A stretch of DNA of 64,000 nucleotides from an uncultured Ignavibacteria bacterium (GTDB lineage Bacteria > Bacteroidota > Ignavibacteria > Ignavibacteriales > Ignavibacteriaceae), in assembly GCA_963711455.1 (NCBI GenBank), contig CAVQEH010000002.1:522756-586755 (forward strand), given 5' to 3'. The translations under genes and the position numbers were made by a program. Below the pieces are notes generated by a model. The model saw nothing but the letters and a program-made list of their open reading frames with translations. It was not told the origin of the DNA and searched no databases. Shown here in pieces: positions 45,756 to 57,252 of this stretch. Every line of letters begins with the position of its first letter. Within the stretch, counting starts at the first letter, position 1.

Positions 45756-47354
45756 ATGGCGGAAGAAACAGTCCCAACTACAGAGAGTGTATTCAAGCAA
45801 GCTATCAATGAAATCACCCAACCATTTATTGACCTTATAAAAGCACCAAGAGCGTTGTGGGGAGTAATATTAGCTTATGCAATTGAAGGGTTATCCTATT
45901 TTGGTATGCTGACTTATTTAGCAATTTACTTTTCAGACTATGTTTTCCAGGGTGTTGCACATCCCGATATATGGTCTCATGATATGGTAATGGTACTTAC
46001 GGCAGGCATTGCTATATCAATGGTTGTTTTCGGTTTTGTACCCGATAAATTTGGAGTCCGGAAAGCTTTAATTGCATCGTTTGTTTTAATGTTAATCGGC
46101 AGAATAATTTTTTCCGCTGCTCCAACAATTTTGGGACTGACACCCAACGGTCTCTGGTCTGCTTTGCAAATAATTTCTCTACTGGGAATTTTGTTTATAC
46201 TTCTTGGTTATGGAATTTATCAACCTGCAGCCTATACGGCGGTAAGGCAATTCACAACACCCAAAACAGCTTCAATGGGGTATGCAATGTTGTATGCTGT
46301 AATGAATTTGGGTTCTTCACTAGTGATGGGCGCATTTTTATTACGTGACAAAGAATATTTAAACCTTGGGATAACAGGAACATTCTGGATTTTCACAGCT
46401 CTTACCCTGGTTTCGCTGCTGACTACAATTTTTATTCTTTCAAGAAAGACTGTCGAGAAAGCTATCCGGGATGCGAAAGCCGAAACAGCAATACAGGGTA
46501 ATAATGAACAGAAATCAGAAGATGGATCAACTCAGAATGAAGTAATAAAAAAGAATATTACACTGAAAGATGTTCCGATATCTGCCTGGATAATAATGCT
46601 GGGAATATTGATTGCAATTTATTTTCGGGCTTCAGGTCTGGTAAGAATAATTTTAACAATTGTTGTTTTGTTAACTCCTTTTATTATTTCAATACTACCA
46701 ATTGATCGCAGACAAAAAACTCTCAACTGGATTATCAGCCATCCGTTAGCAAACTCAAAATTCTTTTTCTTCATTTTTGCATTAATGCCTGTTCAAACTC
46801 TATTTACTTACAACTGGCTAATACTTCCTCAGTATATATCAAGAGCATATCAAGGTTGGATAGGCAACCAGTTTGAGATAGCTTCAAATTTTAATCCTGT
46901 GCTTATTTTCATACTTGTTCCCGTAATTACAGCAGCAACAAGCAAAAAAAATGTATACAGTATGATGGTTTGGGGAACCCTGGTTATGGGATCTTCAGCA
47001 TTTGTTTTAGCACTTGGACCAACCTTCACAAACTTGTTGATATACCTTGTATTAATGTCTGTTGGTGAAGCGATGTGGTCTGCAAGATTCCTGCAGTATG
47101 CAACTGAAATTGCACCTGAAGGAAAAGCCGGACTATACCAGGGAGTTGCTCAACTACCTTGGTTTTTAACAAAATTTTTAGTGCCTTTACTTTATTCAGG
47201 GCAAATGATGGAATTATATTGTCCTGAGATAGGCAGCAAAGACACATCAATGATGTGGTTAATTTTTGGATTTATTGCAATTTCAACTCCGATAATGTTG
47301 TGGGCTGCAAGAGGATGGATGATGAAAGGATTTAAAACAAGAGCCGAAGCTTAG
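45756..47354 (+). CDS. MFS transporter, POT/PTR2-like
   Basis: 532 aa and polytopic. The N-terminal region LWGVILAYAIEGLSYFGMLTYLAIYF resembles the ExxERFxYY region of peptide transporters. The central hydrophilic loop is typical of 14-TM POT members. The subfamily assignment is tentative. Confidence 0.7.
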   Translation: MAEETVPTTESVFKQAINEITQPFIDLIKAPRALWGVILAYAIEGLSYFGMLTYLAIYFSDYVFQGVAHPDIWSHDMVMVLTAGIAISMVVFGFVPDKFGVRKALIASFVLMLIGRIIFSAAPTILGLTPNGLWSALQIISLLGILFILLGYGIYQPAAYTAVRQFTTPKTASMGYAMLYAVMNLGSSLVMGAFLLRDKEYLNLGITGTFWIFTALTLVSLLTTIFILSRKTVEKAIRDAKAETAIQGNNEQKSEDGSTQNEVIKKNITLKDVPISAWIIMLGILIAIYFRASGLVRIILTIVVLLTPFIISILPIDRRQKTLNWIISHPLANSKFFFFIFALMPVQTLFTYNWLILPQYISRAYQGWIGNQFEIASNFNPVLIFILVPVITAATSKKNVYSMMVWGTLVMGSSAFVLALGPTFTNLLIYLVLMSVGEAMWSARFLQYATEIAPEGKAGLYQGVAQLPWFLTKFLVPLLYSGQMMELYCPEIGSKDTSMMWLIFGFIAISTPIMLWAARGWMMKGFKTRAEA

Positions 47355-47427
47355 TAAGGAAACAATGGAGTAGTGGAATGTTCTCAGAATCCATCATTCC
47401 ATTAATAAAATAATTTAGAGAAAATGA

Positions 47428-48819
<1,392 letters not shown>

Positions 48820-48873
48820 TTTTTTCACAATGAGCTGGTTAAAATACGGCTCAATAAAACTGTTGGGGATTTT

Positions 48874-50256
48874 ATGCCTCTAAATGATCTTCAAAAATGC
48901 AAAGCATTAATTAAAGAACGTAACATTGAAATGATCGATTTGAAAGCAATTGATCTTACGGGAAGACTTCATCACATTTCGCTTCCTGTTTATAATAATA
49001 TACTTGATAAAATGATTAAAGAGGGAGTTGGTTTCGATGGTTCCAGCTATGGCTTTAGAAAAGTTGAGAACAGCGATATGGTGCTCATTCCCGATTTAAA
49101 AACTGCAGTTATCGATCCTTTCAGGGAAGCTCCAACTTTAAGTTTTTATGCACACGTATCTTTAACAGATGAAAAGCGAAGCCCATTTAACCAGGATGGA
49201 AGATATCTTGCAAAGCAGATAAAAGATCTTCTGAAAAAAACTACCGGTGCTGATAGTTCCTGGTGGAGTACAGAATTTGAGTTCTATATTTTTTCTAATG
49301 TAGAGTTTGATACAAGAACTTCTTCATCATATTATAAAGTTGAGCACGCAGAAGAATTTTATAAGAAGGCTTACCACGCTGCCAATCCCCAGGATGAGTA
49401 TGATGATTTCAGGGATGAAGCTAGCAAGCTTCTTCAGAAATTCGGAATAAAAGTTAAATATCATCATCACGAAGTTGGAGAAAGAGGACAGCAGGAAATC
49501 GAAACATATTTTTCCGATTTGCTTACAACTGCCGATAACATAATTACAGCTAAATACATCCTGTTTAACTTTGCGCGACAGAAAAATCTTTTTATTACTT
49601 TTATGCCGAAACCTATGTACCACCAGTCTGGCAACGGAATGCATCTTCATTTTTATCTAACTAAGAATGGCAGGAATGCATTTTATAAAAAAGGTGAATA
49701 TGGAAATATGAATGAACTCGGCAGATTTTTTATCGGAGGTATGTTAAAACACGGTGCAGCTTTATCGGCGTTTACAAATCCAAGTACAAATTCGTATAAA
49801 AGACTGGTGCCTGGTTTTGAAGCTCCTGTTATTTTAACATACGGACAGGGCAACAGGGCTTCGGCAATAAGGATACCAAAATATGTTTCCAATCCTGAAG
49901 AAACACGTTTTGAGTACCGTCCCCCGGATGCAACAGCAAATCCGTATTTATGTTTAATTGCAATGCTGCTTGCGGGTATTGATGGAGTTACAAATAAAAT
50001 TGATCCTTTGAAAGAAGGATTCGGTCCTTACGATAAAAATTTTCTTGAAGATCCTGACAGTAATAAGTTTCAGTTTCTTCCACGGAACCTGGCAGAAGCT
50101 TTAGATGCGCTTGCCGCGGACAACGATTTCCTAAGACACGGTGGAATATTTACAGATGAATTACTTGAGCAATGGAGGAAAATTAAGCTGGATGAAATAA
50201 ACTCAATCGGTACAATGCCTCACCCGTTTGAGTATAAAATGTACTTTAATTTGTAG
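48874..50256 (+). CDS. glnA: Glutamine synthetase (type I-like)
   Basis: Beta-grasp N-domain (DLKAIDLTGRLHHISLP). Catalytic-domain motifs are HHHEVGERGQQEI, KPMYHQSGNGMHLHF, NSYKRLVPGFEAP and RASAIRIP. Confidence 0.9.
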   Translation: MPLNDLQKCKALIKERNIEMIDLKAIDLTGRLHHISLPVYNNILDKMIKEGVGFDGSSYGFRKVENSDMVLIPDLKTAVIDPFREAPTLSFYAHVSLTDEKRSPFNQDGRYLAKQIKDLLKKTTGADSSWWSTEFEFYIFSNVEFDTRTSSSYYKVEHAEEFYKKAYHAANPQDEYDDFRDEASKLLQKFGIKVKYHHHEVGERGQQEIETYFSDLLTTADNIITAKYILFNFARQKNLFITFMPKPMYHQSGNGMHLHFYLTKNGRNAFYKKGEYGNMNELGRFFIGGMLKHGAALSAFTNPSTNSYKRLVPGFEAPVILTYGQGNRASAIRIPKYVSNPEETRFEYRPPDATANPYLCLIAMLLAGIDGVTNKIDPLKEGFGPYDKNFLEDPDSNKFQFLPRNLAEALDALAADNDFLRHGGIFTDELLEQWRKIKLDEINSIGTMPHPFEYKMYFNL

Positions 50257-50267
50257 GTATTAAATTG

Positions 50268-50298
50268 GATTTGCCGGATTTTAAAAATCCGGCAAATC
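50268..50298. terminator. Bidirectional terminator hairpin between convergent genes
   Basis: A 15-bp stem GATTTGCCGGATTTT / AAAATCCGGCAAATC with a one-base tip. Confidence 0.8.
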
Positions 50299-50306
50299 TG
50301 TTGTGG

Positions 50307-51759
50307 TCACTTCAGCAAAATCATCTTTCTTGTTTCCACAAAATAACCTGCACTTAATCTATAAAAATATACGCTGCTTCCAAGCAGACTGTTATCAAAC
50401 GACAAATATAATTTGTATGTTCCTGCCTGTTTAATTCCTTTATCAATGACCTTTATTAATTGACCAAGTGAATTAAATAATTCAACTTTGACATAAGCAG
50501 TGTTCTGTAAATTGTATTCTATCGTAGTAGAAGGATTAAAGGGATTGGGATAATTCTGGTAAAGAATAAATCCTTTATTGTCGGATACAATAGTTGCATT
50601 ACTAAGAAGTTTTATATGCTCTTTGAATAAATCAAACAGATCGGTATTCTGAATTTCATTGAATGCATATTTATCAGCTATGGATGTTAGATCAGGATGA
50701 ACGTAATCCCATATTACTGCTGACCTGGAAGGCGTAGACCTTATTGTCTGAAAATAGATTTTATAATTTTTAATCTTATCATTTATAACACCGAATTCTC
50801 CTAATAGGGCAGGCTTATCATAACTGCCTGAAATTTTAGTATGATTGTTTATCCAGGTATTTCCTGCAAGCACTTCTAATCCCCACCCTTCCGGATATAA
50901 ATGAAATGAAGAGTAATCGATATTTTCGATTGAAGTGTTTTCGACAAAACTTGTCCCCTTGTATCCATCAAATAAAAAATATGAACTGTTGTAAAACAAA
51001 TCCTCATCAGAATAATATTCTTTATGAATATCATAGCCTACTTCCCCTGTAGTAAGAAGATGACTAACATCAATTGATTTAAAATACTCTGCCATTTCTC
51101 TATACCAGGTTTTTAAAATATTTACAGAGAATCCGGTGTTTGATGCTTCATTAATTAATTCGAAACTGAAAATTATTGGTTCATCCTTGTATTGTACGCC
51201 GGTAAAAATATTCCTTCTGTTCAGAATTGAGTTGATATAAAATTTGTACCAGCTTTTTATCGAGTCATCGGTGAAGAAATCACTATGATGATAAATCTTT
51301 CCGGTTTGGGATTTCAATAACAGGTTAGCCCAATAAATATACTGTTCGATTCCCCCAAAATCGCTGAAGTTATTTTCCAGGGTTAAAATAATATTAACAT
51401 TATACTGCTTTGCTTTATAAATTACATAATCGAGTGCTCTTAATCCGGTTTCCTTTAAACCCATAAGGAGAATATCTGATAATCGATTGTTTATTTGAAT
51501 CCGAACCGGAATTAAATCCCCATGTTCTGATTACTTTTATTCCGTTTTGTTGTGCTGTTCTGAATACATCATCTACTATATATTTTTTAGAAGAATCTGA
51601 AGTTATCCATTGTAAGTAATAAGCACTGAATCCTAAAAAATAAAATTCTGAATTTCCCTTATAAAATTTTTTATCCTTACAATAAATAAAATCATTCTGA
51701 GGAAAAGCCGGGTGAATGAATAAAATCATCAGAGATAATATTAACATTAATATTTTCAC
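50307..51759 (-). pseudogene. Glycoside hydrolase family 5 (beta-mannanase/cellulase-like) with a T9SS CTD, split by a 1-nt frameshift near 51450-51465
   Basis: The 51415-51759 ORF carries the signal peptide and first GH5 strands (...VIRTWGFNSG...RYSPYG). The 50307-51464 ORF continues in another frame (LKETGLRALDYVIYKAKQYNVNIILTLENN, acid/base FELINEASN, nucleophile LLGEFG) and ends with the CTD NYPNPFNPSTTI...VYFYRL...RKMILLK. Confidence 0.7.
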
Positions 51760-51995
51760 AACTAAACCAACAACAATCGAAAAAAACTGTTTATTAAAGG
51801 TAGGATTTATTTTTTAGTTGTGCTTTATTTATCTGTTTAACAGAAAATATTTAACATTTTAAATGAATTGCCTTTTCAGGTTTTACATGACAATTCAAAT
51901 ATCAACTTTTATTTTCTTCAAGTCTTCAATAAAATGTTAGCAGCCTGATAGGGGGAGAGACTACCAGGCTGTGCACACAGGGAAAATTGTAATAG

Positions 51996-53636
51996 TTAAG
52001 CGGCTTCTTTTGTTTTTGAACTTGTTGTCCTCATCTTTGTGTACATAACTGAGATTATAAGCAGAATAATACTGACTGCCAAAAATGAAATTACTTTATA
52101 AGTAATGTCGGATGAAGTTATTCCGAAAGCTGCTAAATAAAGGCTCGTTAGTATCAGTGTAGATACTGCCATCATACGGTATTTTTTATTATTAAGGAGT
52201 TTACTCATTAAGTAATAAAGCAGAGCCAGCCCTGCCCACGATAATCCCACAAAGCTTGAAGGCAATACCTGGTAGAGTACATAAGGTAAGATAAAGAAAG
52301 CCATAATCAGGTAAGCAAGCCTGATATAATTAGTTGTCAGTTCTAATCTTGTCTTTTGCCAGTTCAGAATTCTTGCACTTATTAAAGCTGCAAACCCGAA
52401 GCTTATTCCTTCAATGCCAATAACTTTTACGTTGATGAGGTATGAAAGCAGAATACCTCCAAAGATAAAAATGTTTGCCACTATTATAAATTTGGATCTG
52501 AACCATAAAGCAGTAGAGATAACTACTATACTTTGCCAGCATAGAAGTATAAAGAATGCGGGTTCATTATATGAAGCAATAATAGATGCGCTTAGTGCAG
52601 CGTACGCAAACATCGCATAAATAAATGAACCAAACCTGCTTTTTTCTTTTGTCCAGAATAAGATTGCAAGCGTCATTAAAATTGCGAAGGCACCTAAGTG
52701 AACGATTCCAAGATTATTAATTCCGCTCAGGATAGAAATTAAAAGAAACAACCCGTATCCCAATGAGGCATTCATAATTGTAATAAATAATTCATCCAGC
52801 TCCCGTTTTTTATCTTTGATTAGTAATAAACTTCCAATCCCGTAAATCAATAAGTATGCTAATAAAAAAATCAGGTTATACTGAAACCCGGTAGTTATCT
52901 TGAGGTTATATCCAAGTAACGGATTGTTCACGAACCAGAGACAATGAGCAAGGCAAGTGAAAATTATACCAAATACCATAAGGTTGGATGATTTATATTT
53001 TAATGAAAATTGCACGACTGAAAAACTTATTACGGCAAGCATTACGAACATTAACCATGGAACCTCAGTAACAAGTGAGGTCATAATAAAGAACAGTTCT
53101 GCAAGTGCAATTAAATATATCGACTGGCGTTTGAAAGAAATTCCTATGGTTAAAGCACTTACAATCAGCAGCAGGATTACAACAAAAAATCTGCTTGTAA
53201 CTATTGGTTCTGCACTGAAGAAATGAAGACGCAATGTAGTGAGATAAAGCAATGCTGCACCTCCGCCGATTAAAAAACCCGAAATATATTTAAATGATTT
53301 AAGCCAGATTTCGGGAATAACAATCAATGCAATGCTTAGCACAAATCCAATTGCAACAGGAAGCAGCGGGGGATAATTATCTAATGGCTGTGTCATCAGA
53401 AAAAACATACCAAGAAGAAATGCCAGTATTCCGATTTTTGCAAACCAGAATTCCCCGATCGTAAGCTCAAGTGAATCATCTTCTTCCTCCTTCTTTCGTG
53501 CCGGACCTGTTACCTCCTCTGTTTTTGGGTTTTCCCATTTCAGATTCAGTGCATTCTCAACTTCCGTTAATCTCCTTTCAATACGGGTCATCGTATTAAT
53601 GAGGTCTTCAATTAAAGGATTGGATACATCGTTCAT
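51996..53636 (-). CDS. Large polytopic membrane protein, DUF2339-like
   Basis: N-terminal coiled-coil/charged segment (TRIERRLTEVENALN...KKEEEDD) followed by more than 12 hydrophobic helices. The architecture resembles DUF2339. It lies 17 nt downstream of the multihaem cytochrome gene. Confidence 0.55.
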   Translation of the reverse strand: MNDVSNPLIEDLINTMTRIERRLTEVENALNLKWENPKTEEVTGPARKKEEEDDSLELTIGEFWFAKIGILAFLLGMFFLMTQPLDNYPPLLPVAIGFVLSIALIVIPEIWLKSFKYISGFLIGGGAALLYLTTLRLHFFSAEPIVTSRFFVVILLLIVSALTIGISFKRQSIYLIALAELFFIMTSLVTEVPWLMFVMLAVISFSVVQFSLKYKSSNLMVFGIIFTCLAHCLWFVNNPLLGYNLKITTGFQYNLIFLLAYLLIYGIGSLLLIKDKKRELDELFITIMNASLGYGLFLLISILSGINNLGIVHLGAFAILMTLAILFWTKEKSRFGSFIYAMFAYAALSASIIASYNEPAFFILLCWQSIVVISTALWFRSKFIIVANIFIFGGILLSYLINVKVIGIEGISFGFAALISARILNWQKTRLELTTNYIRLAYLIMAFFILPYVLYQVLPSSFVGLSWAGLALLYYLMSKLLNNKKYRMMAVSTLILTSLYLAAFGITSSDITYKVISFLAVSIILLIISVMYTKMRTTSSKTKEAA

Positions 53637-53653
53637 AACTCCTCCGGGTTATT

Positions 53654-55138
53654 TTAATCCTTGGAAGGATTTTGTTTTTCTATTTTCCTGATGTATAAAA
53701 ACAGTACGAGTATCAGAAAACTTATTATTAACACCGATATTCCCAGGCCTACTCTTCTGAAGTAATATTCATGAATTGCCCCTCTTGCTTCTGCTATTAC
53801 ATCTTTTGAAGATGCAAATCCTTTATCGACAACTTCTTTAAATTTTTGTTCATTAAAAGAATGAAGAACTGTTCTTGATTGAAGTTTTGCCTGGTGTATA
53901 TTTCTTAATTCAAATTTTGCTTCTTCAACTTCCATCCCCTTTTGTTCGGCTTCGAAGATAAGGTTGTGAGCCAGTGTGTCCTGTTGCTCAAGGCTGTCAA
54001 GCCAGAATTTCATTTTAGAAGCAACTTTATAACCATTAACATTTTCTGATGATGAATGGCATTTGATACATACTGCACCCGAACTTATCCCAAGAAGACT
54101 ATCCTGGGCAGGAAGAATTTCGTGATGACCATGACACGTTTCACATTCGGGATAATTGTGTTCATCAAATGCTTTCTTGTGCGGACTGCCCGAGAACAAT
54201 TCGGCATTTAAAACATGGCAGGTTCCACAAACTTTTGAAATGGATGTTAACCCGGGTGGCATAGCACCATGATTACCATGACAACTATTGCAGACTGGAG
54301 CGCTTAAATCATTCTTTTCAAATAAAGCTATTCCGTGAGCACTCCTGGAATATTTTTCAAATTGATCTGTCGGTATTCCGTATTGCTTCATATACTCTTT
54401 ATTGCTATGACAGTTGGAACAGGTTTTGGGAATGTTGGTTGGGTATACAGAAGACTGAACATCTTTTGTTGAAAGAATGTTATGGCTTCCATGGCAGCTT
54501 ACACATTGTGCAGGTTTTGGATCTCCTTTTGCATTAAGAATACCATGTTCACTTGTACGGTATTTCTGCAATTGATCAATTGCTATTTCAGGATTGTAGG
54601 AACGCATAAACTTAGCATCACCATGACACTTGTTGCAGGTTTGCGGAATATTTGTAGGATAAACAGGAGACTTGGAATCTTTCACTGAAACAATTCCATG
54701 AGCATTATGACAGGTAATGCATTGAACAATTCTATCAGTTCCGTTTAGACTTAATTTTCCATGCACACTGTTTTTTAATAATTCCAATTGATTCGTTGGA
54801 AGTCTCTTGTTATAGTGTGAAATGAACGAAGAATCGGAATGGCACTTTGCACATATTTCAGAAATTTGGTTTCCCTTCGGAACCCCGATGAAACCTTTGT
54901 TTTTATTCATGGCTTCATCCATATCTTCACTATTATTGTCTCCGCCATGGCAATCAGAACATGATAACCCTGCAAGATGATGAATATCATTTTTAAATAA
55001 TTCCGCAGGTGTGCTTCCTAAATCAGAGTGGCAGGAGAAACATTGGTCCTGTTTTGCAGCATATACTTTTAAGTAACTAAATGTAAGAAAAAATAAAAAT
55101 GTTAAGCAGAATTTCGTTACAGTTTTCACGACAGCCAC
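53654..55138 (-). CDS. Undecahaem c-type cytochrome with a C-terminal membrane anchor
   Basis: Signal peptide. Eleven CxxCH motifs (CFSCH, CSDCH, CAKCH, CITCH, CNKCH, CVSCH, CSNCH, CNSCH, CGTCH, CETCH, CIKCH). C-terminal TM helix [20 protein letters not shown]. The start overlaps the cytochrome b stop by 13 nt. Confidence 0.9.
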   Translation of the reverse strand: MAVVKTVTKFCLTFLFFLTFSYLKVYAAKQDQCFSCHSDLGSTPAELFKNDIHHLAGLSCSDCHGGDNNSEDMDEAMNKNKGFIGVPKGNQISEICAKCHSDSSFISHYNKRLPTNQLELLKNSVHGKLSLNGTDRIVQCITCHNAHGIVSVKDSKSPVYPTNIPQTCNKCHGDAKFMRSYNPEIAIDQLQKYRTSEHGILNAKGDPKPAQCVSCHGSHNILSTKDVQSSVYPTNIPKTCSNCHSNKEYMKQYGIPTDQFEKYSRSAHGIALFEKNDLSAPVCNSCHGNHGAMPPGLTSISKVCGTCHVLNAELFSGSPHKKAFDEHNYPECETCHGHHEILPAQDSLLGISSGAVCIKCHSSSENVNGYKVASKMKFWLDSLEQQDTLAHNLIFEAEQKGMEVEEAKFELRNIHQAKLQSRTVLHSFNEQKFKEVVDKGFASSKDVIAEARGAIHEYYFRRVGLGISVLIISFLILVLFLYIRKIEKQNPSKD

Positions 55139-56226
55139 CCGAGCGTTGTTAAGAGAATGATAAAGATTACGGCAAATAATCCCATATAATTAATCTTCAG
55201 GTTTCGTTCACCTCTTGAGCTTTTGCGATCCCAGAAAGGAACAAGCAGCCAGAGAATACCGGCTATACCGAAAAGAAGAATTCCAACAACTTCTCCTTCG
55301 AAGAAGAAGATATGAGAAGGGAAGTACTTTAAAGTCTGGAACATAAAGAGGAAATACCATTCGGGTTTGATCCCTGCAGGCGCGCTTCCGAAAAGATTTG
55401 CTTTCAACCCGAGTTCAGCAGGAAAGAAGACAGCGAGCACAGCTAAAAGGTTTAATACCAGTAACCATAAAAGAAGATCACGCAGAAAGAAGTTTGGAAA
55501 GAAAGGCATCTTCTTTAATGGTTTTTTTGATTTTTCTGTTTCAAGTGGTTCGCTCATTCCCTGTCTCTGGACAAGAATAAGATGTATTGCAAGGATCATT
55601 GTGAATATTCCTGGCAGAAGTGCTACGTGGAAGCCAAAAAATCTTGAAAGCGTTGCACCTGTTACATCACTGCCGCCTCTGAGGAAAATTTTGATTGGTT
55701 CTCCTACAAAAGGAATTGCACCGGCAATATCGGAACCTACTTTTGTTGCAAAGAAAGCAAGCTGATTCCATGGGAGAAGGTAACCGCTGAATCCGAAAAA
55801 TAATGCGAGGAAAAACATTATTACTCCTGTTAGCCAGGTTAACTCTCTCGGTTTGCGGTATGCTTTTTCAAAATAAACACTAAACATATGAATGAACAAT
55901 GAAAGTATAAAAAGATTTGCCGACCACGCGTGTATTGATCTTACAAGCCAGCCGAACTGTACTTTGGACATTATAAACTGAATGCTCTCGTATGCGAGAT
56001 CCGCACTTCCTTTATAATAAAAAAGGAGAAGTATTCCTGTAACAACCTGTATGATAAAAAAGAAAACAGAAACTCCTCCGAAATAATACCATAATGAATG
56101 TCTGTGAACGGGCACATACTTTTTACTAAAGAATTTAATAAGGTCTTCAAACTGTACCCGTTCGTCTGTCCATTTATAAATTTTTAAAAAGAGATTTTTC
56201 ATTTTTTCACTATGTATTTTTTGCAA
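55126..56226 (-). CDS. Cytochrome b (fused b6 + subunit IV-like) of a Rieske/cyt b complex
   Basis: Helix-B haem ligands are H-x13-H ([15 protein letters not shown]). Helix-D ligands are H-x14-H ([16 protein letters not shown]), which is the b6-type spacing. The Qo-site PEWY motif is present (KPEWYFLF). Confidence 0.92.
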   Translation of the reverse strand: MQKIHSEKMKNLFLKIYKWTDERVQFEDLIKFFSKKYVPVHRHSLWYYFGGVSVFFFIIQVVTGILLLFYYKGSADLAYESIQFIMSKVQFGWLVRSIHAWSANLFILSLFIHMFSVYFEKAYRKPRELTWLTGVIMFFLALFFGFSGYLLPWNQLAFFATKVGSDIAGAIPFVGEPIKIFLRGGSDVTGATLSRFFGFHVALLPGIFTMILAIHLILVQRQGMSEPLETEKSKKPLKKMPFFPNFFLRDLLLWLLVLNLLAVLAVFFPAELGLKANLFGSAPAGIKPEWYFLFMFQTLKYFPSHIFFFEGEVVGILLFGIAGILWLLVPFWDRKSSRGERNLKINYMGLFAVIFIILLTTLGWLS

Positions 56227-56662
56227 TCATTAATTCGTCGCCCTTTATTATGGTTTTATATTTTGTAAGAGGTCTCGGCGGGGGACCGGAAATGTTGCGC
56301 CCCGTTAAATCGTATTTACCGTTATGACAGGCACACCAGATTACATTTTTATCCTTCAAATATTGCACGGTACAATCAAGGTGAGTACACCTTGCTGAAA
56401 GTGCAATAAAGTTATTCTTATCAGGAATAACTATTACCGGTTCATTTCCAAAGCGGATAATCTTAAAGTTCTCTTTTTTCAGATCTTCTATTTTCCCGGC
56501 ACTGACTACAGAGACTTCAACTTCTCTTTGTTTAGGAGGACGCAGAAAAGAAAAAACCGGATATAAAACGGAAGCAGAAAATGCAGTTACTCCGGTTATA
56601 CCAAGAATTTTCAGAAAGCTTCTCCGGTTTGTTTGTTTATTAACTAGATCAGATTTTTCCAT
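56210..56662 (-). CDS. Rieske [2Fe-2S] protein with a twin-arginine signal
   Basis: Tat motif [10 protein letters not shown]. Cluster-binding boxes are CTHLDC and CACHNG. The cytochrome b start overlaps its stop by 17 nt. Confidence 0.9.
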   Translation of the reverse strand: MEKSDLVNKQTNRRSFLKILGITGVTAFSASVLYPVFSFLRPPKQREVEVSVVSAGKIEDLKKENFKIIRFGNEPVIVIPDKNNFIALSARCTHLDCTVQYLKDKNVIWCACHNGKYDLTGRNISGPPPRPLTKYKTIIKGDELMIAKNT

Positions 56663-56683
56663 AATGAGAATGCTTTTATTACT

Positions 56684-57052
56684 TTATTTATAAAATGAAA
56701 TTGTTGCTGATATTATCTCTTTAATAATTTTGTTGTCGATCGGTTTTTCGGTTAAATTAAATATGCCCTCCTGGTAAAGTATTCCGCCTTCGTTAGGATT
56801 AATTCTTTCATTTAAGATGATCAGCGGGATTCTTGGATTTATTCGCTTAATGATTTTTACCCAGTTATGACATGCAGAAAAACTTTCAGTGCAATCGCAA
56901 ATCACCATGTCGTAATCATTCTCCTGGAGATCAAGAATGAACCCTGCGAATTCTTTTTTCTTAACGAGTGCAATACCAATCTCCGAGCAAATTTCAAAAC
57001 ATTGTGATATTGTATCCTCATCGCTGCTAAGTATTATCCCTCTGAACTTCAT
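56684..57052 (-). CDS. Stand-alone receiver (CheY-like) domain protein with atypical conserved positions
   Basis: 122 aa. Beta1 is GIILSSDED rather than the usual xDD. A phospho-acceptor-like Asp is present in DMVICDC. A KP motif is present in LTEKPID. The position usually held by Thr/Ser reads LIILNE. Confidence 0.5.
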   Translation of the reverse strand: MKFRGIILSSDEDTISQCFEICSEIGIALVKKKEFAGFILDLQENDYDMVICDCTESFSACHNWVKIIKRINPRIPLIILNERINPNEGGILYQEGIFNLTEKPIDNKIIKEIISATISFYK

Positions 57053-57252
57053 AAGCGATACCTTCTATATCTTAAACCTGTGAAGTCATTTATTGTACCA
57101 GAAAAGTATTTATCGGCTTTATTTAGAATTTGAAAGGATTTGGCGGGAATATAATGAGTTGCACCTCCCAAATAAATTGAAGAATGAATGAAAAGTGTAT
57201 CCCTGATGTCACACTAATTGATAATTGTCAATTGTTAATTTATAATTACTAA

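Noticed and set aside
45602-45817. 72-aa N-terminal extension of the EamA transporter in the ORF track
   Set aside because: The extension would overlap the divergently transcribed MFS gene start (45756) and has no EamA-like TM pattern. The internal ATG at 45601 gives a normal transporter of about 300 aa.
57085-57100. Possible sigma-54 promoter (minus strand TGGTAC-aataa-ATGAC) upstream of the receiver/Rieske genes, expected because the adjacent regulator is NtrC-type
   Set aside because: The -24 GG is present, but the -12 element lacks the conserved GC (ATGA instead of TTGC). I found no better TGGCAC-N5-TTGC match in 57053-57252 or 60402-60769 on either strand. The target promoter of the regulator is therefore unresolved.
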